Shown here: positions 1 to 8,938 of the stretch, piece after piece
How positions within the stretch are numbered: the first letter of the stretch is position 1
How the letters are laid out: each line of letters starts with the position of its first letter
Source: Methanobacteriota archaeon
GTDB taxonomy: Archaea; Thermoplasmatota; Poseidoniia; Poseidoniales; Poseidoniaceae
NCBI GenBank assembly: GCA_018662825.1
Contig: JABJFI010000032.1
Coordinates: 50 to 64,049, forward strand
Direction: 5' to 3'
DNA: 64,000 nt
Made by a program: the position numbers and the translations under genes
The notes under the pieces: generated by a model
The model's input: only the letters and a program-made list of their open reading frames with translations
Database searches by the model: none
Told to the model about the DNA's origin: nothing

Positions 1-2
1 CT

Positions 3-563
3 TCTGAATTTGAGTGCGATGATGAGTCGAATATAATTCCACTTTCCTATGTCAATGATGGCGGGGAAGACTGTGAAGATGGCTCAGATGAAAATCTCGG
101 CGAAGGGCATGGCCATGGCTGGTATGATGTTTCAGCCATGGGTCAAAGCTTAGAGATGGAATTGATTGAATGGAACGGTGGCTCCCTTACAGACTCAATG
201 AGTGCTGACGGCATGGACCTCGTTCTTTCAATGTGTGACTCATTTGAAGAAAGAGATAATGGTTATCTTCAAGTTTCCGAATGTGGCGTTGATGTTCAAC
301 GATGGTCTTTAGCAGAAATCTTTGCAGGAGAGGTTGTTGGTATCGAATTCTATGACGAAGATGGAAGCGGAACACTCACCGATGGAGACTCGTTTGAAAT
401 CACTGAAGATCTCGACGAAACCCTCGAATGGAACGCAGTTCGCTTGGCAAAAAATTCAGCTTACTCTGATGAGAATCCTGAAGTTGTTCTACCGGGATTC
501 ACAGCAGTTCTTGGCATAGTATCAATGCTCGGTGCTGCTCTTCTTGTTCGCAAGAACGAGTGA
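3..563 (+). CDS. 3' part of a secreted surface protein (5' end outside window) with an LDL-receptor class A-like motif and a PGF-CTERM sorting signal
   Basis: Frame 3 is open from the window edge (SEFECDDESNIIPLSYVNDGGEDCEDGSDENL...). The listed ORF 138..563 is therefore only the portion after an internal Met. The ectodomain is strongly acidic. The last 23 aa, PGFTAVLGIVSMLGAALLVRKNE, give PGF + hydrophobic helix + basic tail. Confidence 0.7.
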   Translation, partial: SEFECDDESNIIPLSYVNDGGEDCEDGSDENLGEGHGHGWYDVSAMGQSLEMELIEWNGGSLTDSMSADGMDLVLSMCDSFEERDNGYLQVSECGVDVQRWSLAEIFAGEVVGIEFYDEDGSGTLTDGDSFEITEDLDETLEWNAVRLAKNSAYSDENPEVVLPGFTAVLGIVSMLGAALLVRKNE

Positions 564-692
564 TTCTGAACAAGATGTTCAAGGCTATATTACAGTAGCC
601 ATCTTGTCCGAGAAGTGCCGTAATGGTAATCAACAATAGTTGATTTTAGAGGCATTTTGGTAAGGGATTAGCCCAAGTTCATATAGTGTTGA

Positions 693-989
693 ATGGTTGA
701 GTATAGTATGAACAAAAAAAGATTAATCGAAATTGTGGATAAAATATCAGCTGACGAAAACAGAACCCGTGGGTGTTTGCATACCGAAATGGATAATGCT
801 CGGATACAACGAACCACTGAAACTGATGAATTACTCATTGCAGAATTTGAACAAGAGACAAATGAAAGAAGACAATGGATTATTGCATGTCTAATATTGA
901 ACATTCACCAACCTGCTGAACAATTCTTTCACCTTCACAGAACATTTAACGAACATGGTGAAGATGTTTTTTCTGGAAGCCATCAGTAA
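693..989 (+). CDS. hypothetical small protein (98 aa)
   Basis: ORF only. Predicted helical, charged sequence with no recognisable motif. An alternative ATG lies at 708. A comparable antisense ORF (668..904) exists, so coding status is uncertain. Confidence 0.3.
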   Translation: MVEYSMNKKRLIEIVDKISADENRTRGCLHTEMDNARIQRTTETDELLIAEFEQETNERRQWIIACLILNIHQPAEQFFHLHRTFNEHGEDVFSGSHQ

Positions 990-1072
990 AACCATATTTG
1001 ACTTAGAATTTGATAGCAAAAAAGACATCGATGAAATGGAGGTTTGATGATGTGTGGGCGATAGGCCCACAC

Positions 1073-1804
1073 ATGTCCCGCCCTGTTGCACTGATTACTG
1101 GTGGCGGCAGAGGAATAGGTGCTGCAGCATCGAAACGTCTTGCAAAAGATGGCTATGATGTGTTGTTGACCTACAATACGTCCTCGAAACCTGCAGAAAT
1201 GGTTGTCGAAGAGATCCGAGCGGCAGGCGATGACGCTCTAGCTGTGAAAGTTGATTGCTCGGATTCTGGAGAGGTTGGATTACTTGGCATCCACCCCTGG
1301 ATGGCACGAGGAATTGATGTATTGGTCCTCAATCATGGTTCATATGAGCGTGTATCTGCTGATGAACTCACCATCGAAATCTTACGCAAAACCATGTTAA
1401 CAAATTTTGAAGGTGCCGTATCTGTATGGAAGGCGGTTCAGCCACACCTTACGCCTCATGCTCGAATGGTTGTGGTTGGCTCACAACTCGGTACCAAGGG
1501 TTCACCGCAAGGTGCGGATTATTCCGCTTCAAAAGCGGCCTTATCGATATGGGCCCGCTCCTTGGCACAAGCAGTTGGTCCAGAAGGAAAGCGCGTCAAT
1601 GTGCTGGCTCCTGGCTTTGTTGATACTGCAATCCTTGCAGGAGATTCCAAAGAGAAGCGTGACCAACGTGAACAAGAGGTCCCCCTCAAACGTGTGGGTA
1701 CACCCGAAGATATGGCTGGGAGTATTTCCTTCTTAGTAGGCCAAGACTCAAAATACATCACCGGAGCAGTGCTTCATGTCAACGGTGGACTTTACCTTCC
1801 CTAA
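1073..1804 (+). CDS. short-chain dehydrogenase/reductase (FabG-like oxidoreductase)
   Basis: TGGGRGIG cofactor-binding motif (ALITGGGRGIGAAASKRLAKDGYDV). Catalytic YSASKAAL (YxxxK). C-terminal ITGAVLHVNGG. The ATG at 1073 places the Gly motif at the normal distance from the N-terminus; the ORF track starts at 1010. Confidence 0.85.
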   Translation: MSRPVALITGGGRGIGAAASKRLAKDGYDVLLTYNTSSKPAEMVVEEIRAAGDDALAVKVDCSDSGEVGLLGIHPWMARGIDVLVLNHGSYERVSADELTIEILRKTMLTNFEGAVSVWKAVQPHLTPHARMVVVGSQLGTKGSPQGADYSASKAALSIWARSLAQAVGPEGKRVNVLAPGFVDTAILAGDSKEKRDQREQEVPLKRVGTPEDMAGSISFLVGQDSKYITGAVLHVNGGLYLP

Positions 1805-1832
1805 AGTGAAGAGTTGAAAACCCGTTGGCTCA

Positions 1833-4310
1833 GTGGCAAAGAACAACGGAGGTGAAACGATGGTCAAACAATGGGACGATGATGGCGCCTTTGAGAAATT
1901 GGCTGACATCGATGTCGGGCAAAGTGATTTGACTGAAAGAGACCCTTTTGACCTTTCAAAAGCGCTTGAAGGAGCTGCTTTGGAACATTTACATCCAGAT
2001 GTCAAACGCCTTCGACTCCATTCCGAATTCGAGCCTTCTGGCGACCAGCCAAAAGCAATTGAAAAATTGATTTCTCAATTGGAAAATGGTCAAGAAAGGG
2101 CAGTGCTTCTTGGAGTTACTGGAAGTGGAAAAACCTATGCCATGGCACAAGTGATTCAACACCTCAACATCCCAACACTCATCATCAGCCATAACAAAAC
2201 TCTTGCACGGCAATTACACCAAGAAATGGCCGGTTATTTCCCAGAGAATGCAGTTGATTATTTTGTTTCACATTATGACTACTATCAACCAGAGGCGTAT
2301 TTAGCAAAGCGTGACCTCTACATCGATAAAGAACTTTCAATAAATGAACGAATCGAACAAGAACGATTCGCAACGATTGCTTCGTTAGTCACTCGCCCCG
2401 ACTGTGTCATTGTATCTTCAGTATCTTGCATTTACGGATTAAACCCCCCTGAAACATTCCTTGAATACCATGTACGCGTCCATGTGGGTCAAAAAATTGA
2501 GACTAGCGATTTACTCAAGGAACTAATTGTCCTCCAGTACAAACGAACAACCACTGATTTGTCTCGGGGCGAATGTCGTTTACGGGGAGAAGTGCTTGAT
2601 GTTTGGATGCCTAGCCGTGATGACCCGCTTCGTATCCAATTTGATTTTGATGGCGTGACTAAAGTTCAAGTCTGCGACCCTGTGACATGGGAAGTTCTTG
2701 ACACACTTGACGAAGCATGGATTCATCCAAAGGAATTCTTCATGACCAGTCCTGAACGCTATGAAGCGGCATTGGTTTCAATCGAAGATGAACTCGATGA
2801 CCGAATCGCTCACTATTCAAGCCTTGGACATGAACTTGAGCGACACCGTATTGAACAGAGAACACGCTATGATTTGGAGATGATCCGTGAAATTGGGCAC
2901 TGTCAATCGATGGAAAATTATTCACTGCACTTCGATGGACGTGAACGAGGCCAACGCCCCTATTGTCTACTTGATTTCTTTGCAGCATGTGCAAAACAAT
3001 TCCATGGAAGTCCAGACAGATTCCTAGTCATCATGGATGAATCGCACGTAACCTTGCCTCAAGTTGGCGGCATGTATTATGGCGACCGTTCGCGAAAAGA
3101 AAGTCTAGTTGAACATGGTTTCCGACTTCCAACTGCAGCAGATAATCGTCCGCTTAAGATTCCAGAATTTCAAAAACTTATTCCACAAATGGTCTATGTT
3201 TCCGCAACGCCAGGAGAGCGTGAATTACGACACCTCTGCGAGATTACTAATCAACCTCTACCAAATGGGCTCTTACATGCGAAATCAGGCGGGGGTGCTG
3301 GTCAAGCAGACATTGAGAAAAAACACCCTGATAGTGAAAGTTTGTACCACATGGTGCAGCGAATCGATGGAATCGCAAAAATGGAAATTCGGCCAACAGG
3401 CCTTTTGGATCCAGAAATTGAAGTTCGGCCAACAAGCGGTCAAATTGCCGATTTATTGTCTGAAATAAATATTAGAATCAAAAATGGTGAACGGACTTTA
3501 GTGACTGTATTGACTATAAAATTCGCAGAAGAAGTCGCTGAATATCTCAATAAGATGGGAGTCAAGGCGCATCATCTACATTCTGAAATCGACACGATTG
3601 AGAGAACAGAAATTATCAATGCATTGCGTATTGGACACATTGATGTCATTGTTGGAATCAATTTACTTCGAGAAGGGTTGGATTTGCCTGAAGTGAGTCT
3701 TGTCGCGATATTTGATGCAGATAGGCAAGGGTTTCTACGAAACGAACGGAGTTTGTTGCAGACCATTGGTCGAGCTGCTCGAAACATCAACGGTCGTGTC
3801 CTACTGTATGGGGACAGTATGTCTCCTGCTATGCGTGCTGCAATTCAGCAAACACTTGAACGTCGTGAACGGCAACAAGCCCACAATGATGCCAATAACA
3901 TCACACCAAAAACAATCATAAAAGCCCTACCAAAAATGAATTCAGACCTTGAAGGCCTCATTTCTGGAACGGCGACATCAAAGGATGGAACGCGGCGACT
4001 TATCGCCAAAAAAGGTGGGCGCAAGGATGGTGATTGGGCAAAGAATCTCAACATTGGAGCAGGTGCTTGGGCCGCAGGTACTGGCCAAGATGGTAGTAAG
4101 GGGGAAAATAAGGATATTCCAATTGAGAAATCAAATATCCAATTGACATATGATGAGCCAGATGATGTTCTTTCTGGCCTTGAACCTTCGCAAATCCAAG
4201 ATTTGCTTACCGAATTGCAAGCCGCGATGAAAGTGGCTGCTAAAAATCTTGATTTTGAAGAAGCGGCGAGATTGCGTGATCGGGTCTTTGAATTGGAACA
4301 ACGCCTGTGA
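1833..4310 (+). CDS. uvrB: excinuclease ABC subunit B (UvrB), long form with insertions
   Basis: GDQPKAIEKL...LLGVTGSGKTY (Walker A). DESHVTLPQ (DExH-like box). IRPTGLLDPEIEVRP. NLLREGLDLPEVSLVAIFDADRQGFLRNERSLLQTIGRAAR. C-terminal UVR motif LDFEEAARLRDRVFELE. GTG start at 1833; alternative ATG at 1860. Confidence 0.92.
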   Translation: MAKNNGGETMVKQWDDDGAFEKLADIDVGQSDLTERDPFDLSKALEGAALEHLHPDVKRLRLHSEFEPSGDQPKAIEKLISQLENGQERAVLLGVTGSGKTYAMAQVIQHLNIPTLIISHNKTLARQLHQEMAGYFPENAVDYFVSHYDYYQPEAYLAKRDLYIDKELSINERIEQERFATIASLVTRPDCVIVSSVSCIYGLNPPETFLEYHVRVHVGQKIETSDLLKELIVLQYKRTTTDLSRGECRLRGEVLDVWMPSRDDPLRIQFDFDGVTKVQVCDPVTWEVLDTLDEAWIHPKEFFMTSPERYEAALVSIEDELDDRIAHYSSLGHELERHRIEQRTRYDLEMIREIGHCQSMENYSLHFDGRERGQRPYCLLDFFAACAKQFHGSPDRFLVIMDESHVTLPQVGGMYYGDRSRKESLVEHGFRLPTAADNRPLKIPEFQKLIPQMVYVSATPGERELRHLCEITNQPLPNGLLHAKSGGGAGQADIEKKHPDSESLYHMVQRIDGIAKMEIRPTGLLDPEIEVRPTSGQIADLLSEINIRIKNGERTLVTVLTIKFAEEVAEYLNKMGVKAHHLHSEIDTIERTEIINALRIGHIDVIVGINLLREGLDLPEVSLVAIFDADRQGFLRNERSLLQTIGRAARNINGRVLLYGDSMSPAMRAAIQQTLERRERQQAHNDANNITPKTIIKALPKMNSDLEGLISGTATSKDGTRRLIAKKGGRKDGDWAKNLNIGAGAWAAGTGQDGSKGENKDIPIEKSNIQLTYDEPDDVLSGLEPSQIQDLLTELQAAMKVAAKNLDFEEAARLRDRVFELEQRL

Positions 4311-4317
4311 TGTGAAA

Positions 4318-4334
4318 CACACCCTACGGGTGTG
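4318..4334. repeat. perfect GC-rich hairpin CACACCC-TAC-GGGTGTG between uvrB stop and dys start
   Basis: Read directly: 7-bp stem with a TAC triloop. It shares the core CCCTACGGG with a second hairpin at 37920..37936. Confidence 0.6.
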
Positions 4335-4381
4335 CAATGACTTGTGGGCAGGTTCTTCAAGGGGGGGAAGATGGCAAGACC

Positions 4382-5383
4382 ATGGCGATTCAACCTGAAG
4401 ACTTCGATGTCCCTGTGGTAGATTATGAATTTTCCAAAATCACTTCGCCCCGCTCCCTACTTGACCAAATGGCAAGTGCAGGGGGATTTACTGCCACAAA
4501 ACTGGCTACAGCAAGAGATATTCTTTTGGACATGAAAAAGCAAGTTGATGCAGTGGATGGTGACAATACCAAAGTCTGTAATTGGCTTTCATTCCCTGCT
4601 TGCCTATGTGCAACAGGGACCCGTGGATTTTTTGTCGAGGCCATTAAGCAACGTATGTTCAATGTCGTTTCCACGACCTGCGGAATGCTTGACCATGACA
4701 TTGCACGCTCACACAAACATTACTATCATGGAGCGTTTGAACTCGACGATATTGAACTGGGTGAACATTCTTTGATGCGCCTTGGAAATGTCATCGTACC
4801 CAACTCCTCTTACGGAGAAATTATCGAGGATGTCTTGACTCCGGTGCTTGAAGAAATGTACCAAGACCGACTCAAGGAAACTGGAAAAACTGGAGCTGAT
4901 GCTTGGCTAGGATTTGGTTCAATTCATTTGGTTTGGGAATTAGGAAAGCGAATCGGCAAACCCGATTCGCTCATCTATTGGGCTTACAAACATCAAATTC
5001 CAGTGGTAATTCCTGGCATCACCGATGGGTCAATTGGCGCCCAACTATTCATGTTGCGCCAAAAACATCGTGACTTCCATATTGACACGCTTGCAGATGA
5101 ACAAGTCATGAGTGACATGACTTGGGACGTCGGTGTGTCGAATGCTTTGATGGTTGGCGGGGGCATCTCCAAACACCATGTCATTTGGTGGAATCAATAC
5201 CGCGGTGGGCTTGATGCTGCTGTCTACATTACTACCGCTCCCGAACACGATGGGAGTTTGTCTGGCGCTCGCCTTCGTGAAGCAATTTCATGGGGTAAGA
5301 TGCGCCCTGAGGCCCCGCATATGTGTGTTGAAGGTGATGCAAGTGTTCTTCTCCCACTTCTAGGTGCAGACCTTTTCCAATGA
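4382..5383 (+). CDS. dys: deoxyhypusine synthase
   Basis: SFPACLCATGTRGFFVEAIKQRMFNVVSTTCGMLDHDI and GGGISKHHVIWWN...AVYITTAPEHDGSLSGARLREAISWGKM match the DHS signature regions. The ORF track starts at 4337; the ATG at 4382 (MAIQPEDF) is preferred. Confidence 0.9.
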   Translation: MAIQPEDFDVPVVDYEFSKITSPRSLLDQMASAGGFTATKLATARDILLDMKKQVDAVDGDNTKVCNWLSFPACLCATGTRGFFVEAIKQRMFNVVSTTCGMLDHDIARSHKHYYHGAFELDDIELGEHSLMRLGNVIVPNSSYGEIIEDVLTPVLEEMYQDRLKETGKTGADAWLGFGSIHLVWELGKRIGKPDSLIYWAYKHQIPVVIPGITDGSIGAQLFMLRQKHRDFHIDTLADEQVMSDMTWDVGVSNALMVGGGISKHHVIWWNQYRGGLDAAVYITTAPEHDGSLSGARLREAISWGKMRPEAPHMCVEGDASVLLPLLGADLFQ

Positions 5384-5392
5384 GGTGAATAA

Positions 5393-6826
5393 ATGAATAA
5401 CAAAAATTTGGCTTTGATGATTACTCTCTTGATGGCCTTGATGCCCCTTGCAGGGTGTTTTGGCGCCGTAGAATCGAATAATGACGGAAATGATGATTCT
5501 GGTCTGTTTGAATATGGTAATACCACTTGGTATCACTACCCGGGAGGAATTAATGCTATGAACAATACCACTGCATTTGGAGGCACAAACATTCCATTTT
5601 ACAGTCAAGGAACATACTACGGCACAGGGTATTCTACCTTTGAACCAACGATGGGCATAACTTCAACGGACAATATCTATTTTTCTAGTTACGGTAATGG
5701 GCCTGGAGGTTCGACTGCCATCGTCCAATGTAGTAACATGATTGAAATGACAAGTTTATCAGATTACAGTTGCCAAAATATCTACGGGCCTGTGCTTCCT
5801 GTTGCGAATTCAAACGACCCGTATGTCTATGTTGACCCTTGGACCGACCGAATTATGAAATTCGATATGCATGCATTGCTTGGAATGACAGTTGAATGGA
5901 GCGACGATGAAGGGGATTCTTGGTTTGGCCCATCTGTTGCCACATCATACTCAGTTCAAGACCACCAAACTATCGCTTCCTCCCCTTATGGAGGAATACT
6001 ACACGAAACGCTTTGGGTATTTTGTATCAATGGAAATTACCCTGCCCCGCTGTGTTCTCAAAGTCAGGATGGTGGACTCACATGGGGGCCTGAACTTCCT
6101 GGCGCCCCAGTCGATTGCCAGAGTGGAGGACTCTCCGCTCACCTTATCGGTGCTGAAAATGGGAACTTCTACCGTGGTCAAATTGGTTGCGATGGAACTG
6201 GCTACTCGATGTATAAGACTGAAAATGGAGCGATTACATGGAGCGAACATGTGCTCCCGACCGAAGAATCTGGAACTGCAGATACATGGAACGCTGAAGA
6301 AGCGCAAGTAGATACAGACAGTGAAAGCAACGTCTATGCGATGTGGATGGGTATCGATAACATGCCTTACTTTTCATACTCAGTCGATGATGCAAATACT
6401 TGGTCTGATGCCATCATGATTGGACCAAGCCATCTCGAAGGTACCGGATTCCCGGTCGTTATTGCTGGCGACCCTGGACGTGTTGCTTTTGGCTACATTG
6501 GCACTCAAGGTGACGGAGTATGGCACGGCTACATTTCAGTCATCACTGATGCATTCAACGAAACACCATTGATTACCACGGTTCAAATCAATCAATATGA
6601 CGACCCCTTGGACAATGCTAGTCCAACCTGTGGATACGAACGATGCGGTGGCTTTGGGGATTTCATCGACATGCAAATCGATGCTTTTGGACGACCATGG
6701 CTTTCATTATCTCATAACCCAAGTGGTGACACTGGAATCATGGGTACTTTCATGGCTGGACCAACACTTGTTGGAAACGTTACAGATCTGAGTATTCTCC
6801 CTGAAGGTGGAGCACAGACGCTGTGA
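5393..6826 (+). CDS. secreted lipobox protein with BNR/Asp-box repeats (sialidase-like beta-propeller fold)
   Basis: Signal peptide ends in a lipobox-like LAGC. Four Asp-box-like motifs (S/T-x-D-x-G-x-T/S-W): SDDEGDSW, SQDGGLTW, TENGAITW, VDDANTW. Confidence 0.6.
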   Translation: MNNKNLALMITLLMALMPLAGCFGAVESNNDGNDDSGLFEYGNTTWYHYPGGINAMNNTTAFGGTNIPFYSQGTYYGTGYSTFEPTMGITSTDNIYFSSYGNGPGGSTAIVQCSNMIEMTSLSDYSCQNIYGPVLPVANSNDPYVYVDPWTDRIMKFDMHALLGMTVEWSDDEGDSWFGPSVATSYSVQDHQTIASSPYGGILHETLWVFCINGNYPAPLCSQSQDGGLTWGPELPGAPVDCQSGGLSAHLIGAENGNFYRGQIGCDGTGYSMYKTENGAITWSEHVLPTEESGTADTWNAEEAQVDTDSESNVYAMWMGIDNMPYFSYSVDDANTWSDAIMIGPSHLEGTGFPVVIAGDPGRVAFGYIGTQGDGVWHGYISVITDAFNETPLITTVQINQYDDPLDNASPTCGYERCGGFGDFIDMQIDAFGRPWLSLSHNPSGDTGIMGTFMAGPTLVGNVTDLSILPEGGAQTL

Positions 6827-6829
6827 AAT

Positions 6830-7690
6830 TCATTCTATGTATTCGACAAGAGAATGCATTAGTGCTGTTCGAATAGGGACCAAAGGGCGCCACCCATCGC
6901 CATCGATTCGATGCAAGACGTCGTGTATCGGGGAAAGGTCAGGGCGTTGTTGAGAATTTTCTTGTCTGCTCATCGGCGTTGAAGGCTCGACAATCAACGA
7001 TTGAACTTCAATCGATGGAGTCGGTGCTGCTGTAAGATGTTCGATTCCAAAGTCTCCTGTTTTCCCAGCCATTGTACGTGCATGCAACAATGAAAGTTCC
7101 TCAATAGTTTGAGATTGGCCCCATGCACGACGGCCTGATACTTTCATCTTACTTGGGAACGGCTCTTCACTCATGAGTATTCGAACAAAGGCATCAGCCA
7201 CATCGATATCACTCACCCACCAATGTTCAGTATCACCATGCACCAAAGGAATTTCTTGCGCATTTAATTGCGCCATCCATTGACCAAACAAAGGAGTGCT
7301 CCATGTCAAATCTTTCATTCGAGGCAGAAGGTCGTGAACTATGATGTGACTGTCAAGCCATTCTGTATCTACTTCAACCCCTAAATGTGCAGGCATTGTT
7401 AAAATCACTTCAAGGCCATCGATTTCGAATCCATCATCACTATCACTTGGTTTATCAAAAGGGCCCAAACCAATCAGCATCAATCGGTGCCCGGATGCGA
7501 ATGGGACCTCGTCAGCTGCATGAATTTCACATTCTCCGTATTCAAGTTCAGTTGCATACCTCAGAGACATCTCATGAAACTTCTCTCGAGGTACCACAAG
7601 ATGGGCACTCGTGCGTAGAATTCTCTCGACCAAAGCCAGGCCAATACTTGAGTCAAGGCCACGGAGATGAATGACCGGTGCCTGACGCAT
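6830..7690 (-). CDS. NAD-dependent epimerase/dehydratase-like protein with a degenerate Rossmann motif
   Basis: N-terminus VIHLRGLDSSIGLALVERIL sits where GxxGxxG normally lies. WWVSDIDVADAFVRIL...VSGRRAWGQSQTIEELSLL resembles the conserved C-terminal half of the family. The product call is weak. Confidence 0.35.
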   Translation of the reverse strand: MRQAPVIHLRGLDSSIGLALVERILRTSAHLVVPREKFHEMSLRYATELEYGECEIHAADEVPFASGHRLMLIGLGPFDKPSDSDDGFEIDGLEVILTMPAHLGVEVDTEWLDSHIIVHDLLPRMKDLTWSTPLFGQWMAQLNAQEIPLVHGDTEHWWVSDIDVADAFVRILMSEEPFPSKMKVSGRRAWGQSQTIEELSLLHARTMAGKTGDFGIEHLTAAPTPSIEVQSLIVEPSTPMSRQENSQQRPDLSPIHDVLHRIDGDGWRPLVPIRTALMHSLVEYIE

Positions 7691-7736
7691 ACTTCACTCC
7701 AGAAGACAAGTATACATCAATATGTTCATGAATGGA

Positions 7737-8110
7737 ATTATACGACTTTAGCGGACAACATATTTCAATTGGAAAATACAAAATTCAATTGGAAAATTTA
7801 GAGAAGAGAATCTGGCGATTAGAGATATCAGAAGGATGTGTTCTCACCTCAAGCTTTCTGATCCGATACAATTTTCCTGAGCCTCATTCTTTTGTTAGAG
7901 CCCATAAATAATGCATTTCATATTGGAAAAACTCGAAAATAAGAGATAATATTTGTAATCTCTACATTTCTATAGAAATGCTCCAAATTCCACCTCGGCG
8001 TAATGTAACTCCTATTGATAGAATTAATTATACGACACTCCTCAAAATTGAAAAATAATCAGTTTTCCTATTGGAATGGCGATATATTATACGACAAATG
8101 CAATTGGAAA
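7737..8110 (+). repeat. intergenic composite repeats: 3 exact ATTATACGAC boxes plus 5-6 (C)AATTGGAAA-like boxes
   Basis: ATTATACGAC at 7737-7746, 8027-8036 and 8086-8095. TTCAATTGGAAAAT at 7764-7777 and 7784-7797. Related boxes near 7921 (ATTGGAAAA), 8047 (ATTGAAAAAT), 8070 (ATTGGAATGG) and 8101 (CAATTGGAAATC). A perfect 16-bp palindrome CATTTCTATAGAAATG lies at 7965-7980. Confidence 0.7.
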
Positions 8111-8186
8111 TCACATTTAAACTGCCAAAGAGTATAAGACCTTTCAAGTAGAGCAGGGGGTAAGCCGGAATGAACTGGCAAAGGAG

Positions 8187-8786
8187 ATGGGAAAAATGCC
8201 GAATGACAAATATGACATCCAGGAGTTACTCCAAAGAGATGTTTACGTGAATGATAAGAAAGTAGGAAAAATAGTTGGTGAGCGTCACCATCCGAATGAA
8301 GCACGCGTGCGATCAATGCGATTGCAAGTGGAATCGGATGTAGCTGATGAATTCATGCGGAAGCCCGCTGAATTAGTGCCTCTACCAAAAGAATTGGTCC
8401 ATAGTATACGAAACGATGGAACTGTGAAACTTTCGAAGTCTATGAGAGAACTACAACGCAGATGGCGCAACACCGTCCGTATTGACGAAAAACTGTATGC
8501 ACCAGACGAGATGCTTGACCGAGCAGTACTTGATAATCAAGGCCAGGAAATCGGCGTCATTACAGACCTGTTCAAAGTAAAGCGCACCTACAAGGGCGTA
8601 ATCGTACAAGTACGCATCGGAATTCAAAAGAAATACGGGCTTGAAGCGCAACTACGAATACCAATCAATGCTTTTTCGCGAACACGCGAACGCTTAGACG
8701 AAGTTGTTCTTTCTCGAACCTTCGACAAAGTACTCACACTACCATCATACATCACGATTAACGCGATGAGTGATGAAGAAGAATAA
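8187..8786 (+). CDS. tandem PRC-barrel-like domain protein
   Basis: Two segments fit the PRC-barrel pattern: LLQRDVYVNDKKVGKIVGERHHPNEARVRSMRLQV and MLDRAVLDNQGQEIGVITDLFKVKRTYKGVIVQV. AAGGAG lies at 8181-8186, so the ATG at 8196 may be the real start. Confidence 0.5.
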   Translation: MGKMPNDKYDIQELLQRDVYVNDKKVGKIVGERHHPNEARVRSMRLQVESDVADEFMRKPAELVPLPKELVHSIRNDGTVKLSKSMRELQRRWRNTVRIDEKLYAPDEMLDRAVLDNQGQEIGVITDLFKVKRTYKGVIVQVRIGIQKKYGLEAQLRIPINAFSRTRERLDEVVLSRTFDKVLTLPSYITINAMSDEEE

Positions 8787-8864
8787 GTTTTGATTGAGGG
8801 TCATTGTGACCTTGTCCACTCCGTCACTCTTATGACGGGGAGGCGAGTCGGCCGAACTGCAGTT

Positions 8865-8938
8865 GCGCGGGTAGCTTAGTCGGTTGGAGCACCCGGCTGA
8901 TAACCGGGAGGTCGCAGGTTCAAGTCCTGCCTCGCGCA
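8865..8938 (+). tRNA. tRNA-Ile (anticodon GAU), 74 nt, no encoded CCA
   Basis: Cloverleaf folded by hand. Acceptor GCGCGGG/CTCGCGC. D-stem GCTT/GAGC. Anticodon stem CCCGG/CCGGG with loop CTGATAA. T-stem GCAGG/CCTGC with loop TTCAAGT. Discriminator A. Confidence 0.92.

Noticed and set aside
3845-4393. 182-aa ORF antisense to the 3' end of uvrB
   Set aside because: It lies opposite the well-conserved UvrB C-terminal/UVR region. Its S/R/P/A-rich composition is typical of antisense frames, and no start context or motif is visible.
7737-8110. Repeated boxes as a degenerate CRISPR array or mobile-element terminal repeats
   Set aside because: The repeats are only 10-14 bp with irregular spacing (20 to ~290 bp). 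No cas, transposase or integrase genes are present, and no flanking target-site duplication is visible.
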